From: Patescibacteria group bacterium
Lineage (GTDB): Bacteria > Patescibacteriota > Minisyncoccia > UBA6257 > GWB1-50-10
Reading direction: 5' to 3'
Length of the DNA stretch: 64,000 bases
Assembly (NCBI GenBank): GCA_030018585.1
Contig: JASEHZ010000001.1
Span: 9,484-73,483, forward strand
This document shows positions 28,085 to 37,784 of this stretch, piece by piece (the first letter of the stretch is position 1; each line of letters begins with the position of its first letter). The notes below the pieces were generated by a model, which was not told the DNA's origin, ran no database searches, and worked only from the letters and a program-made list of their open reading frames with translations. A program made the translations under genes and the position numbers.

Positions 28085-28246
28085 AACCACGGGCTTATCC
28101 AGCCTTCGTAGTCCCGACTTATCGGGACGGAGTAGGCCGCTCGTGGTTTCTTTTGGAGTACAAGCTTCGCTTGCCTATGGTGGTATGACGTGTCATACCA
28201 CCATGGGATGCCTTCATCTACGGGCTTACGCCCGTGGTTTTCTTGA
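28085..28246 (+). ncRNA. Candidate structured small RNA ending in an intrinsic terminator (identity unknown)
   Basis: GC-rich island in AT-rich 850-nt gene-free gap; hairpins GTCCCGA-CTTA-TCGGGAC, GGTGGTATGAC-GT-GTCATACCACC, terminal CACGGGC-TTAC-GCCCGTGG + TTTTCTT. Confidence 0.3.
28219..28246 (+). terminator. Intrinsic terminator CACGGGC-TTAC-GCCCGTGG-TTTTCTT
   Basis: 8-bp GC stem with T-run. Confidence 0.6.
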
Positions 28247-28576
28247 AAGGGTATATAAAAATAGTCTGCGTACGCAGACTATTTATTGCCTAATTTAAAA
28301 TAAAAATAAAAAAGCGGACTGAAAAAACATACAAGAATTATTGAAATAACAATATTGATAATGGATAAAAACGGAGTAAAACACCAAGCAATATTTATAA
28401 ACATTCTCTTAATTTTGACAGGCATTACAAATCCTTTTAATGAGTAATAAAGAACTTGATTTAGCTTATTATAAGCAACTAAAAATTGCAATCTTCCATT
28501 CTTTTGTAGGGGGTGAGGAATAAAAAATTATCCCGCCATTCCATGGAATGACGGGATTGATTTTTACTTAAATCGA

Positions 28577-29176
28577 TTATAACCACTTAACCATTAGTGC
28601 TATTAAAATAATTATTGCGCCTAGGATCGCGGCATGCCAAGATCGTTTCGTAACTTTTTCTATTTTTATCTTATTTTCGTCACGATTTCCGCGAAGAGAG
28701 GTTGTTTCTTCTTGATAATAAGCAAAACTTAATGAAATTATCAGGAAACCAATTGCCCAAGCTGCTTCATGAGCAAAGAACTTTTGGGCAAGTAGAGCGC
28801 CGCCGCCCATGAAAATTACCCAAGCTAAAAACTTCAACAATCCCCAGATAACAGTGCAGATCAGAAATTCCCAAATCACGGTTACAATAAGAATTTCCCA
28901 GAGAAAATACAAAAGCCAGCTTACTCCAACAATCACGATGATAAATGGCCAAAATATTGAAAAGAGCATTTGGTCCCCAAGCAAAGAACTCCTTCTTTCA
29001 ATAGGCATTTCTGGTTTAGAAAGAATTTCCCATCCGCCAGCTAATGCTTTATCAAAAAAAGTATCAGGCGTTGTATAGAATACATGGTAATAATAATGTG
29101 TGGCTAAACCTCGACCGATATTTAGGGAAATCGTGATAATAATCGTCCAAGTCAAGATTTTCTTGAAAAGTTTCAT
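28577..29176 (-). CDS. Hypothetical polytopic membrane protein
   Basis: 199 aa, several TM helices. Confidence 0.35.
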   Translation of the reverse strand: MKLFKKILTWTIIITISLNIGRGLATHYYYHVFYTTPDTFFDKALAGGWEILSKPEMPIERRSSLLGDQMLFSIFWPFIIVIVGVSWLLYFLWEILIVTVIWEFLICTVIWGLLKFLAWVIFMGGGALLAQKFFAHEAAWAIGFLIISLSFAYYQEETTSLRGNRDENKIKIEKVTKRSWHAAILGAIIILIALMVKWL

Positions 29177-29243
29177 ATTAACCTCTAAAGTTGTTATTGA
29201 TATTTAATTATTTAAAAAAACTACTATAATTATACTCTTTTAT

Positions 29244-30413
29244 ATGAAAAAGTCAAGTGTTAAAAAGCAAGGAAAAATAAGGGTTTTTGTCGCGATGTCT
29301 GGCGGTGTTGATTCATCTGTGGCAGCTTATTTACTTAAAAAACAGGGCTATGATGTGACCGGCGTTTTTATGAAATGTTTTAATATTGACGGCTGCGCGG
29401 AAAAAGACGCATTTGATGCGAGGCGGGTAGCGGAACATTTGAAAATTCCTTTTTATGTTTTTGATTTTGAAAAAGAATATAAAAAAAGAGTGGTTAAGTA
29501 TATGGTAGATGGCTATCGCGAAGGGCTTACGCCCAATCCGGATGTGATGTGCAATAAAGAAATTAAGTTCGGGTTGTTTTTGGAAAAAGCGTTAAAGCTT
29601 GGGGCGGATTATGTGGCGACCGGGCATTATGTGCGTATTCGTGAGTTTGAAAGTCAAAAGTTGAAAGTTAAAAGGATCGAAGAAATAAAAAACTTTAAAC
29701 TTGATAAACTTTATAAACTTTTTACTGCTTGCGACGCAAGCAAGGACCAGAGTTATTTTTTATGGACATTAACGCAGAATGAGTTGCAATATTGTTTGTT
29801 TCCGGTTGGCGATTATTTAAAAAGCGAAGTGCGCGCTATTGCAAAAAAAGCTGGATTGCCGACAGCTGAAAAAAAAGACTCGCAGGGTATTTGTTTTTTG
29901 GGCGATGTGTCAATCCGCGATTTTTTGAAAAATTACATTAAGCCGAAAAAAGGCGTGATTATGACAACAGACGGCAAAAAAATCGGCGAGCATAACGGTG
30001 TTTGGTTTTATACAATTGGCCAGCGGCATGGGCTTAATTTAAAAACCAAGAATCAAGAATTAAGAATAAAAGGGAAATACGAAACAAAACCACATTATGT
30101 GGTTTTGAAAAGCGTAAAAACAAATACGCTTGTTGTTGCTGAAGGCGAGGATAATCCCGTATTAAAGCAAAAAGAAATTGAGCTTATTAATTTGAGTTTT
30201 TTACGTCCCGTAATTCATAATTCATTATTCAAGATTCAAGTCTTGGTTCGTGTTCGTTATCGTCAGCCACTTACAGAAGCTACGCTTTTTCTGGAAAAGG
30301 AAAATTTAGCGCGGCTTCAATTTAAAACTCCGCAAAAGTTTATTGCTTCAGGCCAATCAGCGGTTTTTTATACTGATAGTGGTGAAATGTTGGGCGGCGG
30401 CGTGATTTTATAG
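29244..30413 (+). CDS. mnmA: tRNA-specific 2-thiouridylase MnmA
   Basis: PP-loop SGGVDSS; 389 aa with MnmA-like C-terminal domains. Confidence 0.85.
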   Translation: MKKSSVKKQGKIRVFVAMSGGVDSSVAAYLLKKQGYDVTGVFMKCFNIDGCAEKDAFDARRVAEHLKIPFYVFDFEKEYKKRVVKYMVDGYREGLTPNPDVMCNKEIKFGLFLEKALKLGADYVATGHYVRIREFESQKLKVKRIEEIKNFKLDKLYKLFTACDASKDQSYFLWTLTQNELQYCLFPVGDYLKSEVRAIAKKAGLPTAEKKDSQGICFLGDVSIRDFLKNYIKPKKGVIMTTDGKKIGEHNGVWFYTIGQRHGLNLKTKNQELRIKGKYETKPHYVVLKSVKTNTLVVAEGEDNPVLKQKEIELINLSFLRPVIHNSLFKIQVLVRVRYRQPLTEATLFLEKENLARLQFKTPQKFIASGQSAVFYTDSGEMLGGGVIL

Positions 30414-30651
30414 GTTTGAAGTTAGAATTAGAGAAAGAAAACCTTTCTTCAACGGACAAAGTTTCCGCTCGAATAAATTATCCTCGCTTAGCGTCGGTTA
30501 TAGACGGGAAATTGCGAACTCTCCGCCCGTCAGCGGATCAAACAACGCAATTTCCCGATAACCTTCCTTTTCGCTCGGTAATTTATAAATCTCGTTCCAA
30601 CAGTCCGGTTTCAGAAAGTTTTTCTTTTTCTCTTTATGTTGAATTATTTAT

Positions 30652-32975
30652 TTGATTGGACCAAAATTAAATAAAATGCGGTCGTACGATATTTTCTTTT
30701 TTAGTTCGTTTTTCTTTTTGATTGGTATTTTGTTTGCGAGCTTAGGTTTAAAATTGAGCACTTTAATTATCGCTTTAATCGGTATTATTTCCTTTTTTAT
30801 TTTCGGTTTAATACGAAAAAACAAAAGATTTTTTTGGCTTGCCGGTCTTGCGGTTTTTATTTTAATCGGCGCTCTTTACTATACTTACGATGATTTAAAA
30901 TTTCATAAGTCGGCAAATATCGAATTTGGCAAAAAAATATTGTTTTCCGGCATTATCATTAACAACCCGGTTATTAAAATACTAACCAGGAATTTGTATT
31001 AAAACTTTCAAAACCGCAAAACGGAAAAATTTTAGTGAAAGCGTCGCTTTATCCAAGATTTGAATATGGAGATAATTTGAAAATTAACGGTTTGATTCAA
31101 AAACCTTCTACGGCGGAATATGCTGGATATCTTGAAAAGGAAAAAATTTCTGGTGTTGTATCTTTTTCAGAAATCAATATTTTGAGCCGTCACAACGGTT
31201 CGGTTTTAAAAGAAAAACTTTTTAAAATAAAAAATACAATTAGTGAATCATTCCAAAAATTTTTGAACGTTAAAGAAGCGGCATTTTTAAATGGCCTTAC
31301 TTTAGGCGGGACAAGCGGCCTTTCAGATGATTTTAAAAGAGCAATGAGTTTGAGCGGGACAACGCATTTGGTCGCGCTTTCGGGATATAATATTACGATT
31401 CTTGTCTGGATTACGATGGGAATATTTATTTATTTTTTGCCGAGGCGTTTGTCTTTTATTTTGACTTTTATCGCTATATTCGCATTTGTGGCCATGACTG
31501 GCGCGGAAAGTTCAGTGGTACGGGCCGGCATTATGGGCATGCTTATACTTTTAGCTCGGGAAGTAGGCAGGATTTATGATTTTAGAAATGCTATTATTTT
31601 AGCCGCGCTTGTAATGGTTTTAATTAATCCGAAAGTACTTGTTTTTGATATTGGTTTTGAGCTTTCGTTTCTGGCGCTTTTGGGTATTGTTTATTTGCGA
31701 CCCACGCTTATTAAAATTTTCAAAATCAAAGAAGATATAAGTTTTCTTTCTTGGCGGGATAATTTGCTTACCACGGCTTCGGCTCAGCTTGCGGTGGCGC
31801 CGATTTTAATCGCAAATTTCGGAAATTTTTCGCTGACATCTCTTTTTCTAATGTTCTTATTTTGGAATTAGTGCCACTCACAATGATGTTCGGTTTTTTT
31901 ATTGCGGTTGCGAGTTTTATTTCATATTATCTTGCGCTCGTGTTTAGTTGGTTTGCGATGATTTTGTTGAAGTTTGAAATTTTTGTTATAGAACTTTTTG
32001 CAAAAATAAGCGTTCCTGTTAGCCTAAATTTGACTCTGTTTGTTATTGTTTTTTATTATTCGCTTTTAGTTAGCATTATTTTTTATGTTCAAAGAAATTA
32101 TAGAAAAAATTAATATACATAAACCGGTTTTTGTGATTTTAACAACGGTTTTTTTAGTGCTTGATATTTTTATTTATTCGCAGATTTTTGCGTTGGATTC
32201 GGGCAATAAAAATCTCGAGCTTTATTTTTTGAATGTTGGTCAGGGTGATAGTGAATTAGTTGTTTTGCCGGGAGGAGTAAAAGTTTTAATTGATGGCGGA
32301 CCATTAAACAGCAAGGTTTTAGAAGGGCTTTCAAAAGCATTGCCAGTTGGAGAACGTTATATTGACTTAGTGATATTAAGTCACCCGGAAATTGATCATT
32401 TTGGCGGGCTTATTGACGTTGTGAGGCGTTATAAAATTGGCGCTTTTATTTGGAACGGCGAACAAGGAGAAGCGCGCGCTTTTCAAGACTTGAAATCAAT
32501 TCTGGTTAAAAACGATATTGAGACAATTGCTTTGGGTGTCGGCGATTCAATTAGTTATCAAAACAGTCATCTTAACGTTCTTTCGCCGCATCAAAAGCTT
32601 TTAAAAAGCAAAAGCGTTAACGAAAAAACGCTGGTTTTGTTGCTTTCAAGTAATAATTCTAGGACTGTTTTTGCGGGAGACATTAATGAAAAAATTGAAA
32701 AACAAATTGTCGCTCAGTTTGATTCAAGGGTTGATGTTTTGAAAGTTGCGCATCATGGTTCTAAGTTTTCTTCGTCAGCTAATTTTTTAAGTGCTTTAAG
32801 ACCGAAGATAGCTGTAATTGAAGTCGGTAAGAATAGTTATGGTCATCCGGCAAAAACTGTTTTAGACAGGCTGGCGGAGGTGGGCGCGCGGGTTTTTAGA
32901 ACTGATGAGAATGGCACAACAAAACTTACGATTAATAATGGTTCTATTAAAGTTTTTTATAATATTGCCTTATGA
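30652..32975 (+). pseudogene. comEC: ComEC/Rec2 DNA-uptake channel split into four ORFs (30652-31002 DUF4131-like N-terminus; 31035-31871 and 31862-32113 competence domain; 32085-32975 metallo-beta-lactamase domain)
   Basis: Competence-domain motif SGTTHLVALSGYNITIL; MBL motifs VGQGDS...HPEIDH...HHGSK; adjacent frames are open across each junction; junctions near A/T homopolymers. Confidence 0.65.
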
Positions 32976-33043
32976 GGGATATTTATGTTAAATTAAAATT
33001 AGAACTAAACTTTAAATATTTATATTGAAAGGAGTGAATTGTT

Positions 33044-33769
33044 ATGACTGACGTTTTAGTTTTAAATCCGAATGTTTTTGGTTTTCATGAGTTGCGGCGA
33101 TTTTATAAAAAGTATCTTTTATCTGCGTTTCTTATTGCTGTTTTTTTGCATTTGACGATGATCGGTGTTTATTTTCTAGTTGAATATTTAACAGAGGAAG
33201 AAGAACCGGTTATATTTATTCGACTTACAACGTATACTGATTTAGGTCCACCGCCGTCATTAATTGAAACAGAAGCAATGCCAGCGGTCGCCGTGTCTGC
33301 GTTAACCGCAAAGCCAAGCTTGGGGATACCAGTGCCGGTTCCTGATGTGGATGTAAGTCCCGAACAAACAATTGCAACTCAACAGGAGTTATCTGCAATT
33401 CAAAGTCCTGTATTACAACAGCAGCAAATGGAGGGTGGGGAAATTAAAATTGAGCAGGATATTTTTGTTGAAGAAGAACCACCCGATTTTGTGCCAGTAG
33501 AAAAACAACCGGTGCCAGTTAATAGGGTTATGCCCGAATATCCCGAAATTGCTCGTCGAGCCGGAGTAGAAGGTACGGTTTGGGTGAAGATGCTTGTGGG
33601 CAAGGACGGTAAAGTTAGAAAAGCAGTGGTGCAAAAAAGCGACGCGGAAATTTTTAATGAAGCAGCAATCAAAGCTGCGCTCCAATGGGTGTTTACGCCC
33701 GCCATGATGAATAATGGTCCGGTTGCGGTTTGGGCTTCGGTCCCGCTTCGTTTTAAGTTGAATAAGTAA
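33044..33769 (+). CDS. TonB C-terminal-domain protein (N-terminal TM, Pro/Glu-rich linker)
   Basis: C-terminus VMPEYPEIARRAGVEGTVWVKMLVGKDGKV...FTPAMMNNGPVAVWASVPLRF matches TonB_C fold signature. Confidence 0.55.
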   Translation: MTDVLVLNPNVFGFHELRRFYKKYLLSAFLIAVFLHLTMIGVYFLVEYLTEEEEPVIFIRLTTYTDLGPPPSLIETEAMPAVAVSALTAKPSLGIPVPVPDVDVSPEQTIATQQELSAIQSPVLQQQQMEGGEIKIEQDIFVEEEPPDFVPVEKQPVPVNRVMPEYPEIARRAGVEGTVWVKMLVGKDGKVRKAVVQKSDAEIFNEAAIKAALQWVFTPAMMNNGPVAVWASVPLRFKLNK

Positions 33770-33780
33770 ATTATTACCCC

Positions 33781-33845
33781 GTCTATTATATTAATAGACG
33801 GGATTTATCCTCCCACCCATACATAGGTGGGAGGATTTATTTTTT
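33781..33845 (+). terminator. Double-hairpin intrinsic terminator
   Basis: CCCGTCTATTA-TAT-TAATAGACGGG and CCTCCCACC-CATACATA-GGTGGGAGG followed by ATTTATTTTTTCTT. Confidence 0.7.
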
Positions 33846-33878
33846 CTTAAAATCGTGCTAAAATTTTTTCATTGAATT

Positions 33879-35165
33879 ATGAAAATTTTTATCGGCGGAA
33901 TTAATGAATATGAAGGTAAAGAAGTTGTTTTGTGCGGCTGGGCAGTTAATGTTAGGTCTTCAGGCAAAATTCATTTTATTCAATTTAGGGACGGTACCGG
34001 ATTTTTGCAGACCGTGGTTGATGAGGCGGCGGTTTCAAAAGAATCATTGGAAGAAATAAAAAAAATCACGATTGAATCAGCAATTGAACTACAAGGCGTT
34101 GTTTCAAAACATCCGAAGCACGATGAGTATGAATTGCAGGTAAAGAAACTCGTTTTATTGAGCCGAGCCGAAGAATATCCGATTGGAAAAAAAGAGCATG
34201 GGCCGGATTTTTTATTAGATAACCGTCATTTGTGGCTTAGGTCATCTCGGCAATGGGCGATTCAAAGAATTCGGAATACCATCATTAATGCCACTTACGA
34301 ATTTTTAAACAAAGAAAGGTTTATTAAAATTGATTCGCCAATTCTGACGCCCACTTCTTGTGAGGGAACAACTACGCTTTTTGAAGTTGATTATTTCGGC
34401 GAAAAAGCATATTTGACCCAATCCGGCCAACTTTATTTGGAAGCGGCTATTTTTTCCTTGGGAAGAGTTTTTGATTTTGGTCCGGTTTTCCGAGCGGAAA
34501 AATCAAAAACCAGAAGACATTTGATTGAATTTTGGATGATGGATGCGGAAGCGGCTTTTGTGGAACATGAAGAAAATTTAAAAATTCAGGAGAATTTAAT
34601 AAGTTTTATTGTCAAAGAAGTTTTGAATAAAAACAAAAGAGAATTGGAGATTTTGGAACGCGATTTAAAAATTTTAGAAAATACCAAGCCGCCTTTTTAT
34701 CGGCTTACGCACGCCGAGGCGATTAAAAAATTAAGAGCCAAAGGAAGTAATATCGGCGAAACAGATGATTTAGGCGGTAATGACGAAACAATGCTTACAA
34801 AAATGTACGACAAACCGGTTTTTATTGAAAAATATCCAGCTCAAGTAAAAGCTTTTTATATGAAGCGTGATCCGAAAGATTCGACGAGAGTGCTTAATGC
34901 CGATTTGCTTGCGCCAGAAGGCTATGGAGAGATTATTGGCGGGTCGCAGCGTGAAGATAATTACGAAGAGTTATTAAAAAGAATGAAAGAGCATAAAATG
35001 CCCATCGAGCCGTTTCAATGGTATTTGGATTTACGCAAATACGGAAGCGTGCCGCATTCTGGTTTTGGTTATGGGTTAGAACGCATTGTCGCTTGGATTT
35101 GCGGGTTAGAACACGTGCGTGAAAGTATTCCTTTCCCGAGGTTATTAAATAGAATGCGACCTTGA
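33879..35165 (+). CDS. asnS: Asparaginyl-tRNA synthetase
   Basis: Class IIb motif 2 FRAEKSKTRRHLIEFWMMDAE and motif 3 GGSQRE; 428 aa. Confidence 0.75.
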   Translation: MKIFIGGINEYEGKEVVLCGWAVNVRSSGKIHFIQFRDGTGFLQTVVDEAAVSKESLEEIKKITIESAIELQGVVSKHPKHDEYELQVKKLVLLSRAEEYPIGKKEHGPDFLLDNRHLWLRSSRQWAIQRIRNTIINATYEFLNKERFIKIDSPILTPTSCEGTTTLFEVDYFGEKAYLTQSGQLYLEAAIFSLGRVFDFGPVFRAEKSKTRRHLIEFWMMDAEAAFVEHEENLKIQENLISFIVKEVLNKNKRELEILERDLKILENTKPPFYRLTHAEAIKKLRAKGSNIGETDDLGGNDETMLTKMYDKPVFIEKYPAQVKAFYMKRDPKDSTRVLNADLLAPEGYGEIIGGSQREDNYEELLKRMKEHKMPIEPFQWYLDLRKYGSVPHSGFGYGLERIVAWICGLEHVRESIPFPRLLNRMRP

Positions 35166-35193
35166 ATTTATATATGTTAAAATTATTCGTATA

Positions 35194-36618
35194 ATGAATC
35201 GAATTTTTATTAGTGAAGCTATTCAAAAAATAAACGAGCAGGTTTTTCTTCAGGGTTGGGTGCATGTGAGGCGCAATTTGGGGAAACTTGTTTTTGTAGA
35301 TTTACGCGATCGAACCGGTTTAATGCAGGTGGTTTTGGTGCCGGCCGAACTTGATTCCGGTTCGCGGGAAATAATAGATAAAATCAGGCCGGAATTTGTG
35401 ATCAGTGTTTTCGGTACTTTACAAAAAAGAAAAGAAGGCAACGAAAACAAAGATTTACTCGGTGGCCAAGTGGAGGTTTTAGCCGAGAAAATAGAAATTA
35501 TAAGCGAAGCCAAAACACCGCCATTTGAAATTTTAAATGATGAAGTGGAAGTAAGCGAAGAATTGCGGATGAAATACCGATATTTGGATCTACGACGGCC
35601 CAAGATGAGAAAAATTCTGGAGAATCGTTTTAAGATAACAAAATTCATCCGCGATTTTCTTGCGGAAAAAGGATTTATTGAAGTGGAAACGCCGATTTTG
35701 GGCAAGTCCACGCCCGAAGGCGCGCGCGATTATCTGGTGCCTTCAAGGGTTTATCCGGGAAAGTTTTATGCCCTGCCCCAATCGCCGCAGCAATACAAAC
35801 AATTGCTGATGGTGGCGGGTTTTGAAAGATATTTTCAGATCGTTAAATGTTTCCGGGATGAAGATACGCGCGGCGATCGTCAGCCGGAGTTTACCCAGCT
35901 TGATATTGAAATGAGTTTTACTTCAGAAGAGGAAATCTTGGATTTGGTTGAAGAATTATATTTAAGCTTAGTTAAAAAATTATACCCCAACAAAAAAGTT
36001 AAATTGGATAAAAACGGGAAAATCATCCGCATGACTTACAAAGAGGTAATGGAGAAATATAACAGTGATAAGCCGGATATCCGCGACAATAAAAATAATC
36101 CAAACGAGTTAGCATTTTTATTCGTAGTTGATTTCCCGATGTTTGAGTGGAAGGAAGCCGAAAAAAGATGGGACGCGGTTCATCATCCTTTTACCATGCC
36201 GAAAGTAAAAGATGTTAATGATTTTAAGCAAGCGTTCAAGAAAAATCCCGCGGACATTTCTGCTTACCAATATGATTTTGTTTTGAATGGTTATGAAATT
36301 GCCGGCGGTTCCATTAGGATTCATAATCCGACATTGCTTCAGACGGTTTTTGAAGCAATGGGCAACAAGCTTGAAGATATAAAGGAAAAATTCGGCCACA
36401 TGCTCGAAGCATTTGAATATGGCGTTCCGCCTCATGGCGGAATCGCGCCGGGGCTTGATAGATTGGTTATGATTTTAGAAAATGTTTCGAGCATCAGGGA
36501 AGTTATTGCTTTTCCTAAATCGGGCGATGGAAGGGATTTGTTGATGAATGCTCCATCCGAAGTTTCAGACGATCAATTAAAAGAGTTGCACATTAAAGTT
36601 GATAAGAAAAATAAATAA
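35194..36618 (+). CDS. aspS: Aspartyl-tRNA synthetase (short form lacking large insertion domain)
   Basis: Motif 2 FRDEDTRGDRQPEFTQLDIEMSF, N-terminal OB domain; 474 aa. Confidence 0.8.
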   Translation: MNRIFISEAIQKINEQVFLQGWVHVRRNLGKLVFVDLRDRTGLMQVVLVPAELDSGSREIIDKIRPEFVISVFGTLQKRKEGNENKDLLGGQVEVLAEKIEIISEAKTPPFEILNDEVEVSEELRMKYRYLDLRRPKMRKILENRFKITKFIRDFLAEKGFIEVETPILGKSTPEGARDYLVPSRVYPGKFYALPQSPQQYKQLLMVAGFERYFQIVKCFRDEDTRGDRQPEFTQLDIEMSFTSEEEILDLVEELYLSLVKKLYPNKKVKLDKNGKIIRMTYKEVMEKYNSDKPDIRDNKNNPNELAFLFVVDFPMFEWKEAEKRWDAVHHPFTMPKVKDVNDFKQAFKKNPADISAYQYDFVLNGYEIAGGSIRIHNPTLLQTVFEAMGNKLEDIKEKFGHMLEAFEYGVPPHGGIAPGLDRLVMILENVSSIREVIAFPKSGDGRDLLMNAPSEVSDDQLKELHIKVDKKNK

Positions 36619-36620
36619 AA

Positions 36621-37207
36621 ATGAAATTTAAAGAGGAAAAAACCTTAGTTTTAATTAAACCGGATGGTGTAAAAAGAGGGTTAACCGGCGAGATTATCCG
36701 CCGGATTGAACAACGCGGTTTGAAAATAATTGCCTTGAAAATGTTTTGGGCAACAGAAAAAGATTTAGCCAGACATTATCCAAAATCAAAAGAGTATTTT
36801 ATAAATCTGGGCAATAAGACACTGGCTACGTATGCGAAGTATGATTTGGATGCCAAAAAGGAAATTGGCACCGATGACTCGGAAAAAATCGGCGAATTGG
36901 TTCATGGCTGGCTTGTTGATTTTATGACCTCCGGACCAATTGTTAAAATGGTTGTGCAAGGATTGCATGCGGCTGAAATGGTACGGAAGCTTGTGGGGAG
37001 CACCATGCCTTCACAAGCAGAAATGGGGACAGTAAGAGGTGATTTTTCGGTTGATTCAGCGGCACTCGCCAAATGCAAAAAAGGGCAGTGCGTAATTTAG
37101 TTCATGCTTCCGGCACTATTGAAGAAGCAGAAAAAGAAATTTCTCTTTGGTTTGCGTTTGAGGAAATCCATGAATATAAGCGCGCCGAGGAAGATATTAT
37201 GTTTTAG
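36621..37207 (+). CDS. ndk: Nucleoside diphosphate kinase, interrupted by a +1 frameshift at an A6 run (~37076-37081)
   Basis: N-terminal LVLIKPDGVKRG; C-terminal NLVHASGTIEEAEKEISLWF is read in the next frame and ends at 37207; adding one A restores the frame. Confidence 0.75.
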
Positions 37208-37211
37208 AAAA

Positions 37212-37236
37212 AACAGCCAATTCGGCTGTTTTTTAT
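37212..37236 (+). terminator. Intrinsic terminator AACAGCC-AATT-CGGCTGTT + T6
   Basis: Immediately after the corrected ndk stop. Confidence 0.6.
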
Positions 37237-37453
37237 CCACCGCGAGGGTGTTGATTAAACTTTTCTATGCTATACTAATAATAGATCCCGCTTTTAGATT
37301 CCGGATCAAATGATTCTTCAAAGGGACTTTTATATCGTCTGGTTCGACAGAGAATGAATACTTTTCTTCAGGATCAGATTGCAAAGACCCACTTGGCATT
37401 CTGCCGGGAATCATCTAGAGCGGGATTTTTGTTTCTAAAAATAAAGTTGCACT

Positions 37454-37729
37454 TTATGCGTGTACAGCTTTATTTTTTCTCAAATCATATTTTATCGTTA
37501 TCCAAGTTCCCAAAAATCCGCCTATCGTGGCTGGGATAAGATAAAATGCATTTTCAACATAGCTTGTTACTACCATTCCGCCCAAAACTATAATAGCAGC
37601 AGAAAAAAAAGCGGCAGAAAACGCCCGTCCTTCATTAGTCCGCCGTATATAAAGAGTCCAAAGCACGTCAGCAAGAATAGTGGCGAAAAAGACTGAAATT
37701 ATTTTCCACAAACTTATTGTTTCGAACAT
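37454..37729 (-). CDS. Hypothetical small membrane protein (3 TM)
   Basis: 91-aa hydrophobic ORF. Confidence 0.3.
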   Translation of the reverse strand: MFETISLWKIISVFFATILADVLWTLYIRRTNEGRAFSAAFFSAAIIVLGGMVVTSYVENAFYLIPATIGGFLGTWITIKYDLRKNKAVHA

Positions 37730-37784
37730 TTAGCACCTTTTTGATTGTTAAGTTACTTTTTATTTTTACACTATAATATTTTAT

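Noticed and set aside
28087-28105. RNase P RNA suspected from ACGGGCTTATCC resembling the P4 3' strand (CCCGGCUUAUCGG)
   Set aside because: No GGAAAGTCCGGGCTCC-type P4 5' strand or other conserved regions on either strand. The upstream 350 nt is AT-rich and lacks defined secondary structure.
28085-28246. SRP RNA or tmRNA identity for the GC-rich island
   Set aside because: Neither the SRP domain-IV GGAAGCAGC/CAGG motifs nor a tmRNA tRNA-like end (T-arm plus CCA) is present. Left as an unknown ncRNA candidate.
30416-30655. 79-aa ORF between mnmA and comEC
   Set aside because: No motif and odd composition. It is probably the comEC 5' UTR or a spurious ORF. Low confidence, so not listed as a feature.
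37104-37313. 69-aa basic ORF after ndk
   Set aside because: It is the out-of-frame continuation of the ndk C-terminus plus the terminator region, not a separate gene.
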